Position numbers and translations under genes: made by a program. From the human T2T-CHM13v2.0 reference genome, Homo sapiens: a DNA stretch of 64,000 nucleotides. The notes under the pieces are model-generated. The model searched no databases and was not told the origin of the DNA. It was given only the letters and a program-made list of their open reading frames with translations. Position 1 is the stretch's first letter; every line of letters begins with the position of its first letter. Location: NCBI RefSeq assembly GCF_009914755.1, contig NC_060938.1; one strand, written 5' to 3'. Positions 11,101 to 23,523 of this stretch are shown here, one piece after another.

Positions 11101-12224
11101 CGGGCCTCGGGGGGCAGCCTGAGCATAGCTCTTCTCTCTGCCAGCTTCTCTTCTATTTGCAGGATGAGCACAATCAGACTGTCTAGGGAATCCGGCTGAG
11201 GGACCCGGAATAGATAGTGCCTGATCTCCTCGTTGAGCCCCTGGCACAAGTGGGCCTGCAGGACTTCATCTGGCCAGCCCAAGATGGGTACCAGGCTCTG
11301 GAACTCATCGATGTACTCAGTGGCAGAGCGGCCGCCCTGCCTGATGGTGAACATGGCCTCTTCTGCCACACGCAGTGCCTGGCGGTACTCAAACACCTCG
11401 GACATGGCCTCCAGGAAGGCTGGGAAGTCTCCGATCAGGGGGCTGTTTTCCTGCAGTAGAGCTTTGGCCCATTCTAATGCCAAGCCGGACAGGTGATTGA
11501 TGACATAGCCAACTCTCAGACGGTCGTTATAGAACATTCTTGGGTAGCTCTGTAAGGTCAGTTGGCAGAGTACGATGAACTCGTGGAATTCTCTGCGATC
11601 GCCAGAGAAGTGCTTTGGGGCGGGCAGTTGGCCTGCATTGATCCCTTTGATCAAGATCTCTTCTGCTACTCTCTGTTGCTCTTTGAGGTCTTGCATTCGG
11701 AAGTACAGCGAGATGATGGACCTCACCATGGCCATAAGTTCTGCGGTTGAGTGCTCGGTCTGGTTTTGCTCTTGAGGAGTCTCCTCCCTTCCCGATTCCT
11801 TCAGGTCAGTGTGAGCCTCTTGTTCTTCTCGGGCTCCCGATGGGTTGACTGATGCTTCTTTCATCCTATCAGATGCTCCACTGAGTGGATCCCCCCTTGC
11901 CTGGTGTGAACCGTTGCATGACTCCTCCAGGTCTTGGAGTAGGTCATTGGGTGGATCCTCTATTTCCTTACGTGGGCCACTGGATGGCTCCTCCATGTCT
12001 TGGAGTAGATCAGTGGGCAGCTCTTCCATTTCCTGGAGTGGGCCACTGGGGGGCTCCTTCTTTTCCTGGGCTGGGCCGCTGGCTGGCCCTGCCTCTCCCC
12101 GCACTCCACTGCCCGACGTCGCCTCGGTGGTGTTGGATGAGCCCTCGGAGGACTCCATTTGTTTTGATGATGGATTCTTATGCTCCATCATCGTCTCAAA
12201 TGAGTCTTCAGAGGGTTCTATCAT
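8148..12224 (-). CDS. RTL1: Retrotransposon Gag-like protein 1 (PEG11), 1358 aa: Gag/capsid-like region, aspartic protease (ALVDSGA), degenerate RT and RNase H, no integrase
   Basis: Single 1358-aa ORF beginning [16 protein letters not shown]; Gag-like [11 protein letters not shown] and [17 protein letters not shown]; retropepsin DSG motif; RT-like [12 protein letters not shown]...VEFLGFVV; antisense to miR-431/433/127/432/136. Confidence 0.99.
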   Translation of the reverse strand: MIEPSEDSFETMMEHKNPSSKQMESSEGSSNTTEATSGSGVRGEAGPASGPAQEKKEPPSGPLQEMEELPTDLLQDMEEPSSGPRKEIEDPPNDLLQDLEESCNGSHQARGDPLSGASDRMKEASVNPSGAREEQEAHTDLKESGREETPQEQNQTEHSTAELMAMVRSIISLYFRMQDLKEQQRVAEEILIKGINAGQLPAPKHFSGDRREFHEFIVLCQLTLQSYPRMFYNDRLRVGYVINHLSGLALEWAKALLQENSPLIGDFPAFLEAMSEVFEYRQALRVAEEAMFTIRQGGRSATEYIDEFQSLVPILGWPDEVLQAHLCQGLNEEIRHYLFRVPQPDSLDSLIVLILQIEEKLAERRAMLRLPPEARPRNLTWIDSPAPERWMVSSWLPSEVHPDINRAHLFLLLMVRVNPYHSVAVQALVDSGADGNFMDEKFAQEHYVELYEKPYPQPVQSVDGSLIGNEPVWLYTEPLVCIHQNHQESIEFDIVPSPNFSVVLGIRWLRVHAPEVDWIKGRCTFHSPYCLKNCFRPPPPCIALERHGMSLLPGLPHPYSDLADVFNPKEADDETSDQPSSDGSDDLSESEPSELQQAGDSDHSETFYECPSTAPWEPVGARMQERARLQEEYWDLQDMLTNRQDYIQMIPELFDQLHGAEWFTKLELRGTIVEESVNGHRTEDVWKAAFGLELEEMKSYQPFALSPDPIIPQNVIHFILKDMLGFFVLSYGQEVLIYSMSQEEHLHHVRQVLVRFRHHNVYCSLDKSQFHRQTVEFLGFVVTPKGVKLNKNVMTIITGYPTPGSKLSLRNFIEFVFPYRHFVERFSIIAEPLVRQLLSSYQFYWGVQEQEAFECLKRAFRKAPLLHHPKPQNPFYLETGVTGTALHASLIQIDDQTGKRACCAFYSRNISPIEVEYSQAEMKILPIRAAFMVWCRYLENTEEPIMILLNTEDLASLNNDRLTVLLPGHWVFFFSHFNFDVMELPEQDGGRALPPVRNLRWRRAFQRNTAARQTLLLASRGFPRDPSTESGEEENEEQDELNEQILRQELLAMIPIDQILNSFLAHFSMAQIRAVILHFFRGLLYWKNTLALAAILVLLRVRQCLSLRPAPAMRVARPQPQRSLRLILDSSLIAGSSITTAITQLLTQMPALVGANTIPAQELAELFLGPGRWQRNALHSQAHRGLQFTPGFWLTLCEFFGVRVTPQEGHLPALRQNRYLELHVVGDEDVVLREALQDDLQRYRQCGLHDGLQDTSQDKQDNDVQEAPPSHTAATHPPRPRHLMDPQVLEFLGSRLLHIHSADGQLHLLSREQAARALSQFLTLIYRRALPIPAWESQPREQARLEELPDEDEDANLD
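8443..8556 (+). ncRNA. MIR431: miR-431 precursor (RTL1 antisense)
   Basis: TGTCTTGCAGGCCGTCATGCA at 8462-8482. Confidence 0.96.
9322..9414 (+). ncRNA. MIR433: miR-433 precursor (RTL1 antisense)
   Basis: ATCATGATGGGCTCCTCGGTGT at 9385-9406; 5p arm TACGGTGAGCCTGTCATTATTC. Confidence 0.96.
10415..10511 (+). ncRNA. MIR127: miR-127 precursor (RTL1 antisense)
   Basis: TCGGATCCGTCTGAGCTTGGCT at 10471-10492; 5p CTGAAGCTCAGAGGGCTCTGAT. Confidence 0.97.
11919..12012 (+). ncRNA. MIR432: miR-432 precursor (RTL1 antisense)
   Basis: TCTTGGAGTAGGTCATTGGGTGG at 11932-11954. Confidence 0.95.
12138..12219 (+). ncRNA. MIR136: miR-136 precursor (RTL1 antisense)
   Basis: ACTCCATTTGTTTTGATGATGGA at 12152-12174; 3p CATCATCGTCTCAAATGAGTCT. 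Confidence 0.97.
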
Positions 12225-12310
12225 TTCGTCGGATGGAAAGGAGTGTATTCTGAAGATTGGTAAGGTTGTGATGGCGTCCAGTCAGTAGCTGGGACCGTGG
12301 AGATCAGAAC
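12225..12310 (-). other. RTL1: 5' UTR part of the RTL1 coding exon; splice acceptor at 12311-12312
   Basis: Minus strand CACTCCCCTTCCACCACCAG|GTTCTG, pyrimidine tract plus CAG, 86 nt upstream of the ATG. Confidence 0.75.
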
Positions 12311-13679
12311 CTGGTGGTGGAAGGGGAGTGTGGGGAGTAAAGGCAGTAGTTTAGGATCTTGTGAAGTGGCAGTATCAGGGTGTCAAGGACAAATCAGATG
12401 CCCAACTAATCAGAGCAGAGAGAAATGGGGGAAAGCCTTCTTGTATCGAGCCAGCCTCTTTGGCTGGTCACTTGGGGTGCCCCCAGGGAGGGAAGATCTG
12501 TCAACCCCTGACCTGCCTCCCAGGCTTATTCAGTCTGCCTGTCCTGTCCTTTTCCTCCATAGATGTGAGAAATTCACAGCCCATAAATTCTGTGGCTGGG
12601 AGCAGCCACCGTGGCAGGCGGGTACCTGGCAGGGTGCACAGGCTGCTCCATTCCCCCCTGGCACATGCACCTGGTCAATCCTCTTTTCCTGCTTTGGTCA
12701 CCTGAGAATCACAGAGGTCACATCTCAGCACCATCCAAAGCCACCCCTGGCAGGCTCAGGGCTCTGGAGCAAGCCCAGCCACCTTGGTTGTGGAGCGGGA
12801 ATCTCTAGCAAAGATGCCTACTGTTTCACCAGTGCAGTGGAAGAGGAGAAAATGGGCACTTGGCCACTGTCCCGTCAGTTGGGTCAGCAGCCCAAAATAG
12901 TTCTTATTTCCTTCCCCATGTTCAAAATAGAAATTTCAGGGGGTGTGTACAGGTCTGGGTTTTTTTTTTTTTTTCCATAAATTTTATAACATACCTACTA
13001 TGTGCTGGATAACTGCATATTTGTTACTTGATTCTAACTCAGACTTTTGGCCAATTTCTCTTTCTCGATTTGGTCTCCTTCCAATGCTATGTTCTCCCGA
13101 CCTCTGAGCTGTTGAGGAGATCTTCAAATAATCTCCTTCTCTTCCTACAATCTCCACTCTCCCAGGACTGCCCTCTTTGTGAGGCTTCTGGAACTTCACA
13201 CATCTGGCCTCAATTTCACCAGTGCAAGCATATCTGCACGCCTCTCCAATCTTATCCTCCCAGGTCCCCTTCTTAACGCCAGTGGGTCTGGTCTCCTCTT
13301 TCTAGCAAATATCTTTTTCTCTCTGTTGCTGGTTGAGCCCTCCCAACAGACATGTATCTGGCAGAGTTGGGACATTGAGTGTGGGGGTTGGGGGGAACAT
13401 GTGACATCTTTGGAATCTGACGGTCCCAGAGTGGATTTTTGGAAATCTAGTGTTGGGTGGTTTTAGTGGGCTGAGACAGAATTGAAAGGGAATGTCTTGG
13501 TTGGGGTTATTTGCACATTTCTTCTCTGCTGGGGCAGAGCAAATTAAGCTTTGATTATCTGATAGATTAACTGTAAAGCTACTGCTCTTTATAAATTTAA
13601 CACCTTTTGTTACTTCTGAGTTTTCTTCTAAGCCACTGGACCCATCCGTAAAAAAAAAAAAAAAAACTGCGTTCCCCCT

Positions 13680-16600
13680 TACGTGAAACTCATTGGCTAA
13701 AATCCAAGCTTTCCAACAGGATACAAAATTCAGATCTGCTGTTTCTCAAAATTAAGTACACCCTTGTTAGCATGACACTTAAATTTGATCATGCAGTCTC
13801 TCTGATTAAAGCCTTCCACTGTTTATTTACTGTCTGCAATATTAAATCCAAACCTTCTAGCGTAAACATATCTGACATGTAAACTCACCAAAACTATTCT
13901 CTGGTTAAAATGTAAGGGCCTTAATATAATATAAAATTCTTATTTTGTCATTCCTCAAGGTAGAGATCACATTTTTTTAAAGCACAGTATACAAATCAGC
14001 ATGGTATAGGAATTATAAGAATCATCATCATCATCATCATGATGTACATAGCACATTGCAGAAATTAACTCATTTCCTCTCCATAAAAGTCCTCTGAGAT
14101 ATGCATTATTACTGTAAAATTCCAAACCTCTAATATAAAATTCTAATTGAAATACAAATAAATAATTCTAATTGAAATACAAAAACTAAGTAATTCATCT
14201 GCAGACTTATCTATCAGGAATAAAAATCTCAGCATGTCTCTCACTTAAAACTCTTTATTGGTGAAAATTTAAATTTCTTAGCAAGACGATTTAAAAACTA
14301 GATTATGCCCCCTCTTAATATAAAGTCTACACTGCTTAACATATTTACAAATTCGACCATGTGAATGATTAAATCCTTCAATGTTCCTGCCTTCAGCTCA
14401 AAATCTAATATCCTCGGCATGTTAGAAAAATCTTAATACTTCTTAACATCAAAGTTTAAACTGTTAGCAAGATGAATAAAGGTCATCTCATAATTTCTCT
14501 ATTTAACACATATAAAAATTCATTTTTATTGCCTGTAAAGTTTCAACCACTTAGCATAAAATGAAAATTTTCACCGTGTAATTTACTTGCCAACTGATTA
14601 ATACGAACCCCCAAATCTCATCAGGTCACTCCTAAAACCCTTTATTGGCTTAATTCCAAACCTCTTCGCATGATATAAAATTCTGACCATGTCATTCCTC
14701 AAAATAAAAAGGTCACTCTCCCTTGCAAGATACACGAATTTGCTCTTATAACTTCTGCTTAAAGCTTTATTCTATCTCTTAATTACCTATGAGATAAGGT
14801 CTAATTATTTTTAGCATAGAACAATACATTTTACTATAAAATTTCTCTGACTACTCTACCCAAGACAAAATTTCTGCCATGTTACTGCCTTAAAAATCTC
14901 TTAATGAGCCAGGCACGGTGACTCACAGCTGTAATCCCAGCACTTTGGGAGGCCAAGGCAGGTGGAACACTTGAGGTCAAGGGTTCTAGGTCAGCCTGGC
15001 CAACATGGTGAAATCCTGTTTCTACTAAAAATACAAAAATTAGCCGGGAGTAGTGGCTCATGCCCGTAATCCTAGCTACTTCTCCTAGGCTGAGGCGGGA
15101 GAATCGCTTGAACCTTGGAGGTTGCAGTGAGCCGAGATTGCGCCGCTGCACTCCAGCTTGGGCAACAGAGGGAGATTCCCTCTCAAAAAAAAAACAAGAC
15201 TCTTAATGGCTGAAGTCCAAATTCCTTAGCATGGCATAAAAATGTAATTCTGTCATCCCTCAAAATAGTGTCCAAACTTCTTAGCATGCTATGTAAATTT
15301 AATCATATAACTTCTTTTTATAAAAACATGCTTTGTCTATAAATGACCCGTCTCCTCAGCATGGAGCCCAGCCTGGGTGCCCTTGTGCCCAGGGGATACC
15401 TCTGCTCACGAGTGGTCTGATGCTTATTCATTATCTGGTTCAGCAAATCCAGATACCTTAACTTAAAATATGTTTACAATCCAGTTTCTCTGGAGACAAA
15501 ACCCTCATCAATTTACTTCTTAAAACGCTTTACTGGCTGACATCCGAACGCCTCTGCATGAGATTTCAACAATGAGCTCAATGAGCTCATCCCCCACCCC
15601 TTCCAAACACAGCACTTGAATGCCTTCAACTCTTTTGTAAAATCACATCTCCTTAGCATGTGAGCAAAATCTGATCATATCATCTTTATCATAGAGATCC
15701 TGTCTTATAGCTGTGCCAAAATGCACTTGTTTGAGCATGTAACTTCTCAACTTAAAACTTCTCGAGGTTTCTTCATTGCCTGTAACATAAAGTCCCAACT
15801 ACTTAACACAAAATGCGACATTTTACCATGTAGTTTCTCTCAGGATGATCTATTAAAAAACCCCAAATCTCATCCTGTTCCTGCTGTAAGCCAAGCCAAT
15901 CCAAAGTTATTAACATGATATAAAAATTTGATCATGTCATCCCTTAAAGTCAAATTCACACTTCCTAGGACAATATATAAAATTTGATCTTATAACTCCT
16001 TTTAAAATCTTACAGTGTCTCTTAGTTGTAAATGGAAGAAAAGTCAAAATTCTTAGCATAAAATGTGAATTTTATTTTGTAATTCACTGCATACTATTTA
16101 TCAAACGCAAAAAACTCACCAGGCCACTCTGTTAGAAAGTTTTATTGGCTAAATCAAATTCCTTGGCATATGCAACAGTCTAATCATGTTGGAGCCTCAA
16201 AATAAATTCCAAATTTCTTTTCATATTCGCAATATTGATCATTTAACTCCTCTGATTAAAATCTTTCAACTTTGGTGTCAACATTAATCACACCTCCTAG
16301 GCAAGCTCTGCAGGTTGAAATTGGCACTCCCCCAAGATAGAAATTCAAAATGTTTGCGCATGATTGTTAAATTGGTGGCTGTTACTTTTACAATTTCCAG
16401 TGTTTCCTTGTTGCTTGTAATGTGAATCCCAAAGCCGTTACCCGTAAAATATATTTTATCATGTTTTTCTGCATACTTATCTCCCACAAACAAGAATCTC
16501 ATCATCACATTTCTTAAAACCCTTTGGCAAAAATCCAAACTCCTTAGCATGATATAAAACTTTGATCCTGTCATCCCTCAAAACAAAGTCCAGATTTCTT

Positions 16601-16870
16601 CCCAGGAAACTCAAATTATGAAACTCTTGCTTAAAATCTCAACGTGTTTTCATCACTACAAAAAGCCTCACCATTTTAGCAAGGCACCCACTTTTAATCA
16701 TGGCACTCCCAGCTTCAAACCTGTCAAATTTCATGTCCTCAACATAAAATCTAAATGCCTGAGCATGAAATGAAAATTGGACCAATTATTTCTTACATTA
16801 AAAATCTTTGGATTGCTCTTCTCTACTTAAACTATAAAGCTGAAGTTCTTTTCGCATGAAACTAGAACTT
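13680..16870. repeat. AT-rich, highly decayed tandem array of an L2-like motif (AAATCCAAACTCCTTAGCATGATATAAAA..TGATCATGTCA)
   Basis: Motif recurs at ~13700, 13845, 14400, 14652, 15213, 15640, 15898, 16151, 16531 and 16747. Confidence 0.7.
14907..15194 (+). mobile_element. Alu
   Basis: Alu consensus with polyA; TSD-like CTCTTAATG on both sides. Confidence 0.95.
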
Positions 16871-19800
16871 TTCACCACCTACAGTTTCCAGCTTCCATTT
16901 CCTGTTCCTCACGCTTCTCTCTGAAAAGACTGAGTTTCCCATTCTCCAGCCTCCAAATGCATTTCGATTTTATTGTCCCCAAATGTTTCTTTTCTTTTTT
17001 TTGTTTAACCACGTCCCTCTGCCCATAATTCATTAATTCATACAGCAGCATGTCCTGATTCTTTTTCTGGGCCAGGCACGGTGCTCGATCCCCAATGGAG
17101 GGAAATGGAGGCAGACCCATCTTGCAGGTCATCACCAGGAAGGAGATGAGACTCATGTCCTGGAGACGAATACCCCACTGGAGGTGAGTGAGGGGCCTTG
17201 GAAGCAGGGCCAGGGGGTTCCCTCCACACCTGCTGAGCATCTGCCTCTCTGGGAGGGCTTTGGGCGTTGTTGGGGCCTGTCGGGCCTCCAAATTCTGGCT
17301 TTAGATGGGCACTCTGGGATTCCCATCTGGCTTCACCTGCCTACCAGCTGGCCTGCCATAGCCTGGGCCCTGCCTCTTCTCTGCGCTTTGCAGAAATCAT
17401 ATTCTCAGTCCTTCAGCTGTGGCTCAATACATGTTGTTCTCAAATCTCATGACAGTTTCTTTAAGAAATATCTACTGATTTGAAAATTCCCGCCTTATTT
17501 GAAAAAAAAAAAAAAAAAAAAAGAAGCCCAGAATTTAATGCTGCTGGTTTGGGGTCACAGCTGCCTTTGAGGTCTTCGAATGGGACCCTCTTCCCCCCAA
17601 CACTCAAGAGACAGACGCCCCAGCCTCACCACCTTCAGTGCCCAGAGCCTCTGTCGGGTCAGCTCCTTGCTTGCCTCTGAGCCAGTGGCCCATTGGGTCA
17701 GGGCTGCCAACGTGTGTCTATGAAGGGTTGGGTGTGGGGGGGGCCATGGGGGGGACAAATCCCTCAGCAAATACCTCTCTCTGTCAGCTCGCCTGTACAG
17801 TAAAGGAAATCTGATTTTAAAAATAGAGCTTGGAAGAGGAGATGAGAGGATATTTAGGAGCAGAGTTGAGCCTGGGGCGGGGGGCCGGGGTGGGGGAATT
17901 AGGGGAGAGGTGAGGACAGGGGAGGAGGGTGGGAGGCTGGGGGCTGAGGAGGAAGGTGAAGCTGGTGAGGAGTGGGGAGGCTGTGAGGATGGAAAGGGGA
18001 GTAAGGGAGAGGTGGGTTCTCTGGAATGCTGGCCATGCCTCCTCTCCTGGCCTCCAGAAACTAGCCCAGTCACACCTGGGGCCCCTGGCTCTCTGGGCTG
18101 CCAGGATGGGTGTCAGGTGAAGATCCCTGTCCATCTTGGCCTCCTTGTAGGTGGTGCTCAGAGCTCCTTGGGTTTGAGGGACATAGCTACTGGGTCTTAG
18201 GAGGGAAGTGGCCTCAAAATGAATACCCCCAGCAGCTCCCTCTGCTGCCTGGCCTGCTGTGGCCTCCTGTGGATGGAAGGCACAGCGTCACAGTGAGGGT
18301 GGACATGCAGGGACCCTGGGAGGGTTTGTTATTATTTATCGATTATTATTATTATTTATTTTGTTGAACTCGTGTCAAGGTTAAGATGTGTCCATGGCAG
18401 CTTGAGGCTTGGAAGCCTTCCTGGTTTCCCTGGTATGAACAAGTGTCAAGGATGGCTCACTTGATGGGACTTGGTGAGGAGGCTGGTGAGATTCCTGGGG
18501 GCTTCCTGAGGGCCTCATAAGGAGTTTGGGTTGGGTCCTGGGGATCCCAGTGGACTGTGGAGTCTGCAGGGGCTGCTGGCCTGGCATAGCTTATGTTGGA
18601 GTCCCTCCCCCCGGGACCCTTCAATCTTGCACACCCCTGACTTGTGGCTAAAGACGACTTGAGCCTTACAGGGTGGGAGGCCGTTGGCATCTCGGCCCAG
18701 GGCAGCCCAGTCTCGGACATTCCCTCTCTTCCCCTATGGTCTGGACCGAGGTCCTTGAATGCCAGGCCCCATGGGCCTCGGACTTCATCGTAGTGATGGG
18801 GAAACTGAGTCTTTGGAAGGAGGAACAGGGAGTTACAGTAGAACTACGCTGTCCCCAGGGCGTGTCTAAATCCCAAACCACCCAGCAGGGTGGGGGTCTT
18901 CTGTAGAGGGACCCCCAGCCCCTCACCTTGCTAAGCCACTGAGGTGACAGGGAGTGCCTGGGCCCAGCAGCGCTCCTGCTGCTGTGTCCCTGCCCCCTCT
19001 ATGCTTGACTGGCAGCTCCAGGGGGCAGCTGTATCACTCTGCCCAGAATAACCCTGGGAAGGGGCGTGTGCCGCCTGCGGGAGGGGCTGTGCGAGGGGTC
19101 ACGGGTGAGCTTGTCCTTCTTGTCTTGCCCAAATCAGCGGGGCCAATCAGCTGCTCCTGAGGCTGATCTTGCCTTTCAAGGCAAGTGGGCAGGGACAGGT
19201 CTGCACCGGCCTCCTAGCCTAGATGGGCACTGACTGTCAACATGACCTTCCTCTCCCAGGTCCTCAGTTTCCCCATGTCTGCAGGGAGGGTTTCGGTGGT
19301 GGTCTTCTCACTGTGCTCCTGTAGCTCTGGGGTTCCTAAGAGGTGCCTGCGGGGGTCCCTGGGAAACAGTAATGAGAGGAGGTGGCTGGCCCAACAGGTG
19401 GAGCTCAGGGACACCCATTGCTGCCTTAGTTCCACCAGCTGCTCCTATAAATTGGGGTCGTCGTATTATTTCATTTAAACAGAGGTTGCCAGATCTGAGC
19501 AATGGTTGAAAGCACAGACTATGTGGTCTCTTCTAATGGCTTGTCTTGATTTTCCAACCTGGGCTGGGAGGGGTGTAAGAGTGGAACCTGCTCATCTCTG
19601 GTGGGCTCTCTACTCTCACCCAGTGGGCTGCGTGGACAAGCCCAGGTGGCTGCAGGCCTAGGAGTGGAGCTGTTCTTAGAGTAGGAAGGTGAAGACTTTG
19701 AGGCAAACAAGGAGCGCCCCACCTCAGGGCCTGGTGGAACTAGAATGAGGGCAGAAGGCAGATGAGAGGCTGGCTAACCTTGCAGAACCTCAGTTTCTAA

Positions 19801-20872
19801 GGGGATGATTAGAAAGGTAGGAGCACCTCCTTCCAGGGAAGACGGGTGTGTGAAGCCCTTTGTAAACTGTAAATGCTATGGACAAGTCAGGGATAGCTAC
19901 CGTCATTAGGATTCTTACGACTGTTACTTCCAGAACACCCACTGTAATTGTATGGTCAAGATTTGGACAGCATTTCATGCATGGTGTCAACTTTAATTTT
20001 CCCGTTAACCCCACAAGGGGACGATGCCCTGCTTGGAGAGTAAGTAAACTAGAGTCCAGAGGGGTGAAGTGGCTCCTCTGGAACCATAATTATCGGCGAC
20101 AATGGTGCACAGACCCAGCATACAGGACCTTCCCCGGGAGGGGCAGGCTGATGACTGGAGTTGGTGAGGGGTACGTGCGGAAGACGGAATGTGACCCAGA
20201 AAGGGACGACTAGAATGTATTTATTAAATACATTCAAATGAGTCTCTGAGTACCTGCTCTGTGTCAGGCGTGATTCTAGCCACTCACCCCTAAAACTGAC
20301 TTTGCTCCTAACGAGTTGGGGGATGTGCTGCCGTCTTACAGAGTTAAACTGGGATTCGGAGGGCGAGGTGCTGGCACAAGGCCCCCGAGAGACAGAGGCA
20401 GGGTTTAAAGCCAGGTTTCTCCTGGGCAGGAGCAGATGCCCAGAGTGGGGTTGGCAGTTGCCATTTGGGAAACTGTTGGGACCTTCAGAGCCAGAGATGC
20501 CATCTTCATTCCATGGTGTTGATACTGCCAGCCTCGTGGCCTGAGGGGCATCCAGACCACAAGAGTGGGGGTCTCAGTGTCTGCCTCCATCTCCCCCAAA
20601 GGTGCTTGCTGTCATTCCCAACTCATTCTAGCTTATTTGGTGTTCGAGGAGGGACAGGACAGCTGGCCCAGGACCTGCTAATTATAGCTGCTCAAGTATT
20701 TGAATAGAGGCCTTGAGTACACACCACCATGTCATGGTTTTTTCTTACAGACGAATGAACACTTTAACCCTTGTCCTGAGTGCCAGGCCATCCCATTCAC
20801 TGCCCCACCTCCCCTGCCTGCCCACCCGATCCCTGGGGGAGGTCGACATGGGACCTCTGCCCCACATCTTAC

Positions 20873-20934
20873 CTTGGCTGCAAGCGTTCAAGTGGATCTC
20901 CTCCCGTCCTGTGCCACTCGATCCTCGCTGCTTG
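20873..20934 (-). other. RTL1: Predicted non-coding RTL1 5' exon (62 nt)
   Basis: Minus strand ACTTTTTAG|CAAGCAG...GCCAAG|GTAAGA; no ATG inside. Confidence 0.55.
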
Positions 20935-21457
20935 CTAAAAAGTTATTGAATACATTTGTTTCTTTAATTGTGAAAGTCCAGTCTTTTTGACATGCGTACA
21001 TTTTCTACAGTAGCAACCACAGTGCACACACACAGTCTTCCAGCCTGCTCTGCTCGCGTGCCTTTCTGTTGTGAGCTTTTTTCCACGTGGCTACGTTGGG
21101 GACCTCCGTGATGCTTCCTGAGTGCTTACTATGCGCCAAGCGCTGCTTTCACCATTTTACAGGTTTTCACTCTTTCAATCGTTCTAAGAAGCTGCGAGGG
21201 CCTTCCTTTTATTATCCCCATTTTTCAGAAGAGGAATCCGAGGCCTTGGGACCTACACCCACCCTCACACCCGGGCCCACGCTCACTTTAATAACCCGGA
21301 CTGGGCAAGGACTAAGTCCAGCCAGAGCGTCAGCCTCGCTGGCGTCCTCACTGGCCATGGCCCTGCAGCCTTGCTCTTCAGTTCCTGGAAGCCTCCTGCC
21401 CTTGGTGGACAACCATTTTGCTCTCTAGCAAATGGATAGAAAAGTTTATGTGAGTCT

Positions 21458-21971
<514 letters not shown>

Positions 21972-22693
21972 TCATATTAATCTGCATTGGTGACTCCTTT
22001 GTCCCATCTTCCCTCAGCACACAGTAGGGCTGCTGGCAGCAGGTGAGGCCTGGGGCAAGGGCTCAGAGAGGCAAGATGCCATTTGGCCATGCCACCGAGT
22101 GAGCAGTTTCTCTTCTTGCCCTCCCAGGTGGCGTGAAGGGGAGATGGCTGCTTTCTCCTGGGAAGGGAGCAGATGCCTGGCCCAGGACCAAATCAAAAGG
22201 TCTGAAAAATGATATTCATTGTCCTAATGTGTAAATTTCGACAATTTGCAAATTTGTAGATTCTTTAGAATAGAACTAACTCAAGCCCTTCATTCTGCAG
22301 CTGAGGCTCACTGCCCCCAGTGGGCAGTGGGTCCAGGGGGTTTCTGAGGACAGGGCATGACCCAGCCCTGCTGCCCCCAAGATGGCACCTGGCTTGGAGG
22401 GGTGAGGGGCCCTGTTAGTCTGACTTTGAAGAAGACCAGCCTTCCAGACTCGCTTGGTGCCCTGACAGGTATGTGTGCTCTTCTCTCTCCCACCCAACAG
22501 CCCCTTTTGGGAGACAGGGTCTGAGAGGAGTCAGGGTCGTATAACCTTAACACAGTGTGTTATCCAAAAACCCACTAACCCTGTTACTCTTGTCTGTCTG
22601 CTATGTGAAACCAAGGGCGGTGTTAAAGTTTATCACCATGATATACAGATGTGCGTGGGGACATCTGGGATGGGGCTCAGGGGTCTACCTGGA

Positions 22694-22784
22694 GGTCAGA
22701 GAGGGCAGGATCTGCTTAGGGGAGATGGATGACTGTGGGGGTCAGACAGGGCAGGGTTTGCTTAGGGGAGATGGATGACTGTGG
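22694..22784. repeat. 46-bp tandem duplication
   Basis: GGTCAGA.AGGGCAGG.T.TGCTTAGGGGAGATGGATGACTGTGG twice. Confidence 0.85.
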
Positions 22785-23220
22785 ACATGTGGCTGTAAAT
22801 CATCCTCCCCGTCTTACATAGGATGGGGATGCAACTTTCAAGAGTTGCCTTGATTGGTACCTTAAAGGAAATAAAACATAAAATGCTTGGCACATAGTAG
22901 ATGCTCAACACATGTAGAAAAGGCACTTATTTTAGGTGGATCTGCCGCCGAATGGCCCTTTTGCAAGCTCTTCTCATTTTTTGGAATCCAAAGGGAAGGT
23001 GTGGGGAGCAGGGTCGGGGTGGAGGGGAAGGACGACGTGAGGTTGCAGAGGGCATTTTCTTGAGGCAATGGCATATCTTTCATTGGTACTGGCTGGGTTT
23101 ATGCGGACTTTGAGAGGAGTGGAGTGTCTCCAAGTGGGGCTACCCCAGCCTGCAGGTTGGATGCAGGTAACCTCAGTCTGGGCACTGCATTTTTATTTAC
23201 CATAAAAATATTTCATATTT

Positions 23221-23523
23221 GCTGGGTGTGGTGGCTCACGCTTATAATCCCAGCACTTTCGGAGGCCGAGGCCGGTGGATCACCTGAGGCCAGGAGTTTG
23301 AGACCAGCCTGGCCAACATGGTGAAACCCCGTCTCTACAAAAATACACAAAATTAGCTGGGCGTGGTGGTGCATGCCTGTAGTTCCAGCTACTCAGGAGA
23401 CTGAGGCATGAGAATTGCTCGAACCTGGAAGGCAGAAGTTGCAGTTAGCCGAGATTGCACCATTGCACTCCAGCCTGGGTGACAGCAAGACTCCGTCTCA
23501 AAAAAAAAAAAAAGAAAGAAAAA
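23221..23523 (+). mobile_element. Alu
   Basis: Alu consensus with polyA. Confidence 0.95.

Noticed and set aside
11900-11931. Possible human miR-434 (CTGGTGTGAACCGTTGCATGACTCC resembles one unit of the rodent repeat as I recall it)
   Set aside because: Only one unit is present, so the multi-unit hairpin cannot form; the resemblance is weak and from memory
8304-12980. Plus-strand ORFs of 183, 268, 147 and 227 aa opposite or beside RTL1
   Set aside because: Antisense shadows of a GC-rich CDS or compositionally random sequence; no recognisable domains; this strand is the miRNA host
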